Part shown: one piece after another, positions 22,910 through 28,222 of the stretch
Position numbering within the stretch: the stretch's first letter is position 1
How the letters are laid out: each line of letters begins with the position of its first letter
Source of the DNA: Burkholderiales bacterium
GTDB taxonomy: Bacteria > Pseudomonadota > Gammaproteobacteria > Burkholderiales > SG8-39
Length of the DNA: 28,222 nt
Reading direction: 5' to 3'
NCBI GenBank assembly: GCA_036007105.1
Contig: DASYPC010000409.1
Location: forward strand, 1 to 28,222
Program-made: the position numbers and the translations under genes
Notes under the pieces: generated by a model
Database searches by the model: none
The model's input: the letters and a program-made list of their open reading frames with translations, nothing else
Told to the model about the DNA's origin: nothing

Positions 22910-23434
22910 ATGGAACAGACGAATCTGAAGCGCCGGTTTTTGCGTCGCGCAGCGGTCGCGACGCTCGCGGTGGCGCTGGCGGCCGGCTTCGGCGCGCAGG
23001 CGTGGAGTTACGGCGGGCACGGCGGAATGCATCGCGGCTTCATGGGCGGGTCGCAGGACCCGGCGAAGGCCGATGAGCGCATCGAGCGCATGGTGAAGCA
23101 CTTCGCGGTCGACGTCGACGCGACGCCGGACCAGCAGGCCAAGCTGACCGCGATCGCCAAGGCGGCGGCCAAAGAGTTGCGGCCGCTGCGCGAGAAAGCG
23201 CGCGACGCGCGCAAGCGGAGCATGGCGTTGCTCGCGGCGCCGACGATCGATCGTGCGGCGATCGAGCGGCTGCGCGCCGAGCAGATCCAGGCGGCGGATG
23301 CAGTATCGAAGCGGATGTCGCAAGCGTTTGCCGATGCGGCCGAGGTGCTGACGCCCGACCAGCGCAAGAAGCTCGCCGACCGGATGCAGAAACGGCACGA
23401 GCGCCACCAGCGGCCCGAGCGGCAGCGCAGCTAA
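22910..23434 (+). CDS. Spy/CpxP family periplasmic protein
   Basis: Signal peptide, two LTxxQ-like motifs (ATPDQQ, LTPDQR), helical and basic; GAGGA SD. Confidence 0.85.
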   Translation: MEQTNLKRRFLRRAAVATLAVALAAGFGAQAWSYGGHGGMHRGFMGGSQDPAKADERIERMVKHFAVDVDATPDQQAKLTAIAKAAAKELRPLREKARDARKRSMALLAAPTIDRAAIERLRAEQIQAADAVSKRMSQAFADAAEVLTPDQRKKLADRMQKRHERHQRPERQRS

Positions 23435-23437
23435 ACT
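23432..23437 (+). promoter_or_regulatory. Possible -10 (TAAACT) 6 nt before the response regulator ATG
   Basis: TAAACT-ggggga-ATG. The TAA is also the upstream stop codon, so this is ambiguous. Confidence 0.3.
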
Positions 23438-23443
23438 GGGGGA

Positions 23444-24133
23444 ATGACCCAGCGGATCCTGCTCGTCGAGGACGACGCCCGCCTGGCCGCAATGGTCAGC
23501 GAGTACCTGGCGGGCGCCGGCTTTCGGGTCACGGTGGCCGGGCAGGGCGAGGCGGGAATCGAGCGGCTCGCACGCGAGCCGTTCGACGCACTCGTGCTCG
23601 ACCTCATGCTTCCCGATATCGACGGCCTGGAAGTCTGCCGGCGCGTTCGCTCGGCGAGCGACGTCCCGATCCTGATGCTCACCGCGCGCGGCGACGCGGC
23701 CGATCGCATCGTCGGGCTGGAAATCGGCGCGGACGACTACCTTCCCAAGCCTTTCGAGCCGCGCGAGCTGCTCGCCCGGCTGAAGGCAGTGCTCAGGCGT
23801 GGCCGGGCGCCCGCCGCGGCGGCGCAGAGGCGCTTCGGCCGCCTCGAGATTGATCGGGACGCGCGGATCGTGCGCGTCGACGGGCGCGAAAAGGCGCTCA
23901 CCGGCTACCAGTTCGCGCTGCTCGCTGCGCTCGCCGAGAACGCGGGGCGCGTCCTCTCGCGCGACCAGCTGATGGATCTCGTCAAGGGTGAGCCGCTCGA
24001 AGCCTACGACCGCTCGATCGACGTGCATGTGTCGCGCATTCGCGCAGCGATCGAAGACGATCCGAAGAGGCCGCGTCGCATCCTCACCGTGCGCGGCGCC
24101 GGGTATGTCTTCGCCAAAGCGCAGGATTCGTGA
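23444..24133 (+). CDS. OmpR/CpxR-family response regulator
   Basis: LVEDD, LVLDLMLP (phospho-Asp), GADDYLPKPF and winged-helix RSIDVHVSRIR...TVRGAGY. Confidence 0.93.
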   Translation: MTQRILLVEDDARLAAMVSEYLAGAGFRVTVAGQGEAGIERLAREPFDALVLDLMLPDIDGLEVCRRVRSASDVPILMLTARGDAADRIVGLEIGADDYLPKPFEPRELLARLKAVLRRGRAPAAAAQRRFGRLEIDRDARIVRVDGREKALTGYQFALLAALAENAGRVLSRDQLMDLVKGEPLEAYDRSIDVHVSRIRAAIEDDPKRPRRILTVRGAGYVFAKAQDS

Positions 24134-25362
24134 AGCACCTCTACCTCCAGATCTACCTCACGGTCATTGCGAGCCTGATCGCGTTCGCGACCGCAGCGGG
24201 CGCGCTGTGGTGGATCTACGTCGATCAACTGGCGGCACGACACCCGCTGGAGGTGATCACCGAGGCTGCGCAGGCGCTTCCTGCAGCGGACGCCCCGCAA
24301 CCGCAGCAGCAGGCGGCGGTGAACCGCCTCGCGGTTCGCCTGAAAGGCGATGCGGCGCTGTTCGCGGGTGATCGCACGGTGATCGCGCAGGCAGGACGGC
24401 CGCTGCCCGTGCCGCGAGAGGGGCGGGAATTCGGTCCCGGCGGCCCGCGCGCATGGACGGTGCCGCTGGCGGACGGTCGCTGGCTGGTCGGACGGGTCTC
24501 GCGCGACTACTTTCGCGCGCGGCGGCCGGGGCCGCTGCTCGGGTTGGCGCTCGTCGCGCTTGCGGTTGGAGTGGGCGCCTATCCGGTCGTACGGCGGGTG
24601 ACGCGCCGTCTCGAGAAGCTCAAGGCGAGCGTCGATGCGTTCGGCGCGGGCGAGTTTTCGGCGCGCGTCACGGTCGAAGGGCGCGATGAAGTCGCGCAGC
24701 TCGCGGCGAGCTTCAATCGCGCCGCGGCGCAGATCGAAGGGCTGGTCGGCGCGCACAAGGCGCTGCTGGCGAATGCTTCGCACGAGCTGCGCACCCCGCT
24801 TGCTCGCATCCGCATGGCCGTGGAGCTGATGAAGGAGAGCGCCGATCCCGCGCGCCGCGTCGAGCTCGAGCGCGACATTGCCGAGCTCGACGCGCTGATC
24901 GAGGAAATCCTGCTCGCGAGCCGGCTCGATGCGATGCGCGAGAGCCTGAATGTCGAGCCGGTGGATCTCCTCGGTCTCGCGGCGGAGGAATGCTCGCGCT
25001 ACGAGGAGGCCGACCTCGACGGCGAACGGCTCAGCGTGCACGGCGATCCGCGGCTGCTGCGGCGCATGATCCGCAACCTGCTCGAGAACGCGCGCCAGCA
25101 CGGTGTGCCGCCGATCGAAATGCGCGTGCGCAGCGTCGACGGACGCGCGGAGATCCGCGTCTGCGACCAGGGCGCCGGAGTTCCGGAGCCTGAGCGCGAG
25201 AGGGTGTTCGAGCCGTTTCACCGGCGCATGGGCGCAAGCGCCGGCGCGGGTCTCGGCCTCGCGCTAGTGCGGCAAATCGCGCGCCGGCATGGCGGCGACG
25301 CCGCGTGCTCCGGCAACTGCTTTACGGCGACGCTTGCGAAAGAGGAAGGAAGGCGAGCGTAG
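24130..25362 (+). CDS. HAMP-containing sensor histidine kinase (CpxA/RstB-like)
   Basis: Two TM helices, HAMP (GRDEVAQLAASFN), H-box SHELRTPL, N-box NLLENA, DQGAG and GLGLAL; GTGA overlap with the regulator. Confidence 0.92.
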   Translation: MKHLYLQIYLTVIASLIAFATAAGALWWIYVDQLAARHPLEVITEAAQALPAADAPQPQQQAAVNRLAVRLKGDAALFAGDRTVIAQAGRPLPVPREGREFGPGGPRAWTVPLADGRWLVGRVSRDYFRARRPGPLLGLALVALAVGVGAYPVVRRVTRRLEKLKASVDAFGAGEFSARVTVEGRDEVAQLAASFNRAAAQIEGLVGAHKALLANASHELRTPLARIRMAVELMKESADPARRVELERDIAELDALIEEILLASRLDAMRESLNVEPVDLLGLAAEECSRYEEADLDGERLSVHGDPRLLRRMIRNLLENARQHGVPPIEMRVRSVDGRAEIRVCDQGAGVPEPERERVFEPFHRRMGASAGAGLGLALVRQIARRHGGDAACSGNCFTATLAKEEGRRA

Positions 25363-26701
25363 CGCGGCAGCCGCGCCCGTCCGCCCCTGCGTCGAACAGA
25401 AGCTCCGCGCCGTGCGCAAGCGCGATCTCGCGCACGATCGCGAGCCCGAGACCGCTGCCCGATCCGGGCGAGCCGGGGATGCGGTAGAAGCGCTCCAGCA
25501 CTCGCTCGCGCTCGGCGGCCGGTATCCCCGGGCCATCGTCCTCGATCTCGAGGATCGGGCGCCCGTTGCGGATCCCGGTCCGCGCCGTGACATGACCGCC
25601 GCGCGACGTGTACTCGAGCGCGTTGTGCGCGAGATTCCCGTACGCCTCGCGCAGCAGAAACTCCTCGCCGGTGATCTCCGCGTCCGCGAGCTCGAAGCCG
25701 AAATCGATGTCTTTCGCGAGTGCGCGGCGCACCCACTCGTCGGCGGACTCTTCGGCAATCCGCCGCAGGTTGACACGCGCGGACGCATCCGGCTTTCTGC
25801 CCGGCTCGACGCGCGCGAGCGCAAGCAGCTGGCTCGCGAGGCGGGCGGTGCGCACCGCCGCTCCGTGCACCTGTTCGAGCTGGCCGCGCACGGCATCCGG
25901 AACCGGGTGCGTAAGCGCAAGCTCGGTGTGCGCCTGCAGCCCGGCGAGCGGGGTGCGCAACTGGTGCGCGGCGTTGGTCAGAAAGCGCTGCTGGTTTCGA
26001 TTCGCCTCGGTAACCTGCCCAAGGAGCTGGTTCAACCCCTGCACCAGCGGCTTGGCCTCGTCGGGCGAATGCGCAACGTCGATCGGCCGCAAGTCGCGCG
26101 CAGAGCGCGCGCGGATCTCGGCCGAGAGCGCTTCGAGCGGCGCGAGCCCGCGCTTGACGCCGAACCAGACGATCGACAGCGCGAGCAGCGCGGTGAGCAA
26201 TGCCGGGACGACGCTCGAGAGCACGATGGTGCGCGCGAGCGCGGTGCGCTTGCGGGTCGTCTCCGCGACGTAGATCGTGCAGGATCCGCCGTCGCACGGA
26301 AGCAGCATCGCCATGACTCGTACTCTCTGCTGGCGATAGAGACCGTCATAGGCGAGGACTCCGTTCTCGGCAGTGCGGCCCGCGGGGATCGCGGGCAGCT
26401 CGGGATCTCCCGCGATGGCCGCGCCGTCCGGAGCTCGCACCGAGTAGTAGATCGTGTCGAACTGATCGGTGCGCAGCGCGCGCTCGGCGGCGCCCGGAAG
26501 ATCGAAGGTGTACGAGCCGCTCGAGACGCGAACCCGCTCGCGCAGCGCGAGCCCGATGTCGACGAGCGCCTGGTCGTAGGCGTCGCTCGCGGGCTCGAGC
26601 GACAGAAAGTACGCGGCGACCGCGCCGATTCCGAGCAGCAGCGCGACCGGCGGCAGCAGCAGCCTGAGCAGGTGCACCCGCAGGCTGCTGACCGCCCGCA
26701 A
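25322..26701 (-). CDS. TctE-like sensor histidine kinase (2CSK_N domain)
   Basis: TTG at 26701 with AGGAG 7 nt upstream. AYDQAL after TM1, AAHQLRTPL, NLAHNALEYT, EDDGPG and GSGLGL. Confidence 0.88.
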   Translation of the reverse strand: MRAVSSLRVHLLRLLLPPVALLLGIGAVAAYFLSLEPASDAYDQALVDIGLALRERVRVSSGSYTFDLPGAAERALRTDQFDTIYYSVRAPDGAAIAGDPELPAIPAGRTAENGVLAYDGLYRQQRVRVMAMLLPCDGGSCTIYVAETTRKRTALARTIVLSSVVPALLTALLALSIVWFGVKRGLAPLEALSAEIRARSARDLRPIDVAHSPDEAKPLVQGLNQLLGQVTEANRNQQRFLTNAAHQLRTPLAGLQAHTELALTHPVPDAVRGQLEQVHGAAVRTARLASQLLALARVEPGRKPDASARVNLRRIAEESADEWVRRALAKDIDFGFELADAEITGEEFLLREAYGNLAHNALEYTSRGGHVTARTGIRNGRPILEIEDDGPGIPAAERERVLERFYRIPGSPGSGSGLGLAIVREIALAHGAELLFDAGADGRGCRATLAFLPLSQASP

Positions 26702-26702
26702 C

Positions 26703-27407
26703 TCAGGACTCCTGGGGGGCGAGCGACGGTTCTCCCGTGCCCTTGAATTCCTCGAGCATGTAGCCGAACCCGCGCACGGTGCGGATGCGGATTCCAGCGG
26801 GCTCCAGCTTGGCGCGCAGGCGTGAGACATAGACTTCGATCGCGTTCGGCGAGAGCTCCTCGCCCCAGCTCGCGACCGATTGGATGATCGACTCCTTCGA
26901 TGCGATGCGCTCGACGCGAGCGAGCAGCACTTCAAGCACGGCCCACTCGCGGCCGGCAAGATCAAGCGGCTGGCCGCCGAGATAGGCACGGCGTGCGACG
27001 GTGTCCAGCGTGAGCGGCCCGTGCGTGATCTTCGGGCCGGTGCGCGCCTGCGCGCGGCGCAGCAGCGCACGGACGCGTGCCACGAGCTCCGGCATGGCGA
27101 ACGGCTTCACCATGTAGTCATCCGCGCCTACGTCCAGGCCGTGCACCCGGTCTTCGAGCTGGTCGCGCGCAGTGAGGACGAGCACCGGCACGCGGTGATC
27201 GGTCGAGCGGAGCCGGCGCAAGACCTCGAAACCGTCGATGCCCGGCAACCCGATGTCCAGGATCACCAGGCCGAAGTGCTCGAGCCCTGTGGCGACGAGC
27301 GCCTGCTCGCCCGATTTCATCGTGTCGACCGCGTGACCGTCGCCCTGCAGGATCTGGGCGACTCCCGCTGCGAGGGAAGCGTCGTCTTCTACGATCAGGA
27401 TGCGCAC
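26703..27407 (-). CDS. TctD/QseB-like OmpR-family response regulator
   Basis: GTG at 27407 gives the canonical MRILIVEDD start. ILDIGLP, GADDYMVKPF, NAIEVYVSRLRAKL and TVRGFGY. Confidence 0.92.
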   Translation of the reverse strand: MRILIVEDDASLAAGVAQILQGDGHAVDTMKSGEQALVATGLEHFGLVILDIGLPGIDGFEVLRRLRSTDHRVPVLVLTARDQLEDRVHGLDVGADDYMVKPFAMPELVARVRALLRRAQARTGPKITHGPLTLDTVARRAYLGGQPLDLAGREWAVLEVLLARVERIASKESIIQSVASWGEELSPNAIEVYVSRLRAKLEPAGIRIRTVRGFGYMLEEFKGTGEPSLAPQES

Positions 27408-27414
27408 TGAGCGC

Positions 27415-27420
27415 ATCATA
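27415..27420 (-). promoter_or_regulatory. Putative -10 (TATGAT) 7 nt before the tctD-like GTG; leaderless-type
   Basis: TATGAT-gcgctca-GTG, with no SD. Confidence 0.6.
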
Positions 27421-27468
27421 CCGCCAGGCGATGCCGGTACCCGTCAGGCGCACGCAAGGTGGCGCGCG

Positions 27469-27474
27469 TAGCAT
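27469..27474 (+). promoter_or_regulatory. Putative -10 (TAGCAT) 7 nt before the LTA-synthase-like ATG; leaderless-type
   Basis: TAGCAT-ggctcgg-ATG, with no SD. Confidence 0.5.
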
Positions 27475-27481
27475 GGCTCGG

Positions 27482-28222
27482 ATGCAGAGCGTGCTCCGCG
27501 CCGCGAGATATCTGCCTGCGGCTGCGGCCGCCGGGGTATTCGTCGCCGTGTCGATGCTGACCCGGATCGCGCTTGCGCTGCGGCCCGATGTCGCTATCGC
27601 TGGCGCGGCCGAGTGGGTGCGGGCTCTCACGCTCGGCTTGGTATTCGATTTCAGCGCCGCGGCGTATATCGCACTTCCGCTCGTCCTGTGGCTTTCGCTG
27701 CCGGATCGTACTGCACGCGGGCGTGCATACGGTTTCGTCACCCTGGCGGGATTCGTTGCGGTGTGTTTCGTTGCGCTCGTGCATGCGGTCGCGGAGTGGC
27801 TGTTCTGGGACGAGTTCGGCGCGCGCTTTAATTTCATCGCCGTGGACTACCTGCTCTACACGCAAGAGGTGCTCGGCAATATCTGGCAGTCCTACCCGGT
27901 CGGGAAGATTCTCGCGCTGCTTGCAGCGATCGCCGCGCTGGCTACCGCATTGCTCGCGCGACGGCTGCGGCGCTGGGCGGAATCGCCGCTCGGCTGGAAG
28001 CATCGCCTTGCAGTGGTCGCCGGACTTTCAGCTCTCATCGCGGGGACCGCGCAGTTCGTCGACAGCGACGCGAAGAACCGCACCGGAAGCGACGCAGCCG
28101 ACGAGCTTGCGGGCAATGGCCTCTACGAGTTCTTCAGCGCCCTGCGCCGAAATGAGCTCAGCTTCGAGCGTTTCTACGCGACGCTCGCGGTCGACGACGC
28201 GCTCGCGGTCGTGGGGGGGGGG
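27482..28222 (+). CDS. LTA synthase / phosphoglycerol transferase (alkaline-phosphatase superfamily) membrane protein, 3'-truncated; absent from the ORF track
   Basis: My own translation gives MQSVLRAARYL..., several TM helices, then EWLFWDEFGARFNFIAVDYLLYTQEVLGNIWQSYP and DELAGNGLYEFFSA. The frame is open to the window end. Confidence 0.85.
   Translation, partial: MQSVLRAARYLPAAAAAGVFVAVSMLTRIALALRPDVAIAGAAEWVRALTLGLVFDFSAAAYIALPLVLWLSLPDRTARGRAYGFVTLAGFVAVCFVALVHAVAEWLFWDEFGARFNFIAVDYLLYTQEVLGNIWQSYPVGKILALLAAIAALATALLARRLRRWAESPLGWKHRLAVVAGLSALIAGTAQFVDSDAKNRTGSDAADELAGNGLYEFFSALRRNELSFERFYATLAVDDALAVVGGG
28213..28222. other. Terminal poly-G run (10 nt), possibly a sequencing/assembly artefact
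   Basis: The window ends in G10 inside a coding frame. Confidence 0.5.

Noticed and set aside
22910-22960. Tat signal in the Spy/CpxP protein (KRRFLRR)
   Set aside because: It does not fit S/T-R-R-x-F-L-K spacing, and Spy/CpxP proteins are normally Sec substrates.
28213-28222. G10 tract as a phase-variation site in the LTA-synthase-like gene
   Set aside because: It sits exactly at the sequence end, where poly-G artefacts and contig breaks are common; reads would be needed to assess it.

Overview
A GC-rich bacterial chromosomal segment with about 21 genes. It is most likely betaproteobacterial, judged from the Bug/TctC binding protein, MlaC, double-length UvrA and TssQ-like lipoprotein. Left to right: a partial CoA-transferase III, AcpA acid phosphatase, a small membrane protein, mlaC, bdhA-patatin-long CorA-like, a divergent extradiol dioxygenase / sulfatase-Bug pair, and a tandem-duplicated ~1860 aa UvrA. 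These are followed by a six-gene same-strand cluster (class III nucleotide cyclase-TM-PEGA, TssQ-like lipoprotein, Ser/Thr kinase, NfeD, SPFH, PP2C), an Fpg/Nei glycosylase, a Spy/CpxP-response regulator-kinase unit, a TctD/TctE-like pair and a partial LTA-synthase-like gene. No rRNA, tRNA, CRISPR array, transposase or phage gene was seen. Main observations: (1) the cyclase/lipoprotein/kinase/NfeD-SPFH/PP2C operon behind a clear sigma70 promoter, whose cyclase has non-canonical base-selecting residues; (2) two perfect inverted repeats (22 bp and 15 bp arms, REP/REPIN-like) read through in frame inside uvrA; (3) eight gene starts with TANNNT exactly 6-7 nt before the start codon and no Shine-Dalgarno (SD), suggesting widespread leaderless mRNAs; (4) a perfect GTAAA-N5-GTAAA (CpxR-type) box upstream of the spy/cpxP-like gene that also covers the fpg start. 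All family assignments come from motif recognition by eye; no database searches were run.
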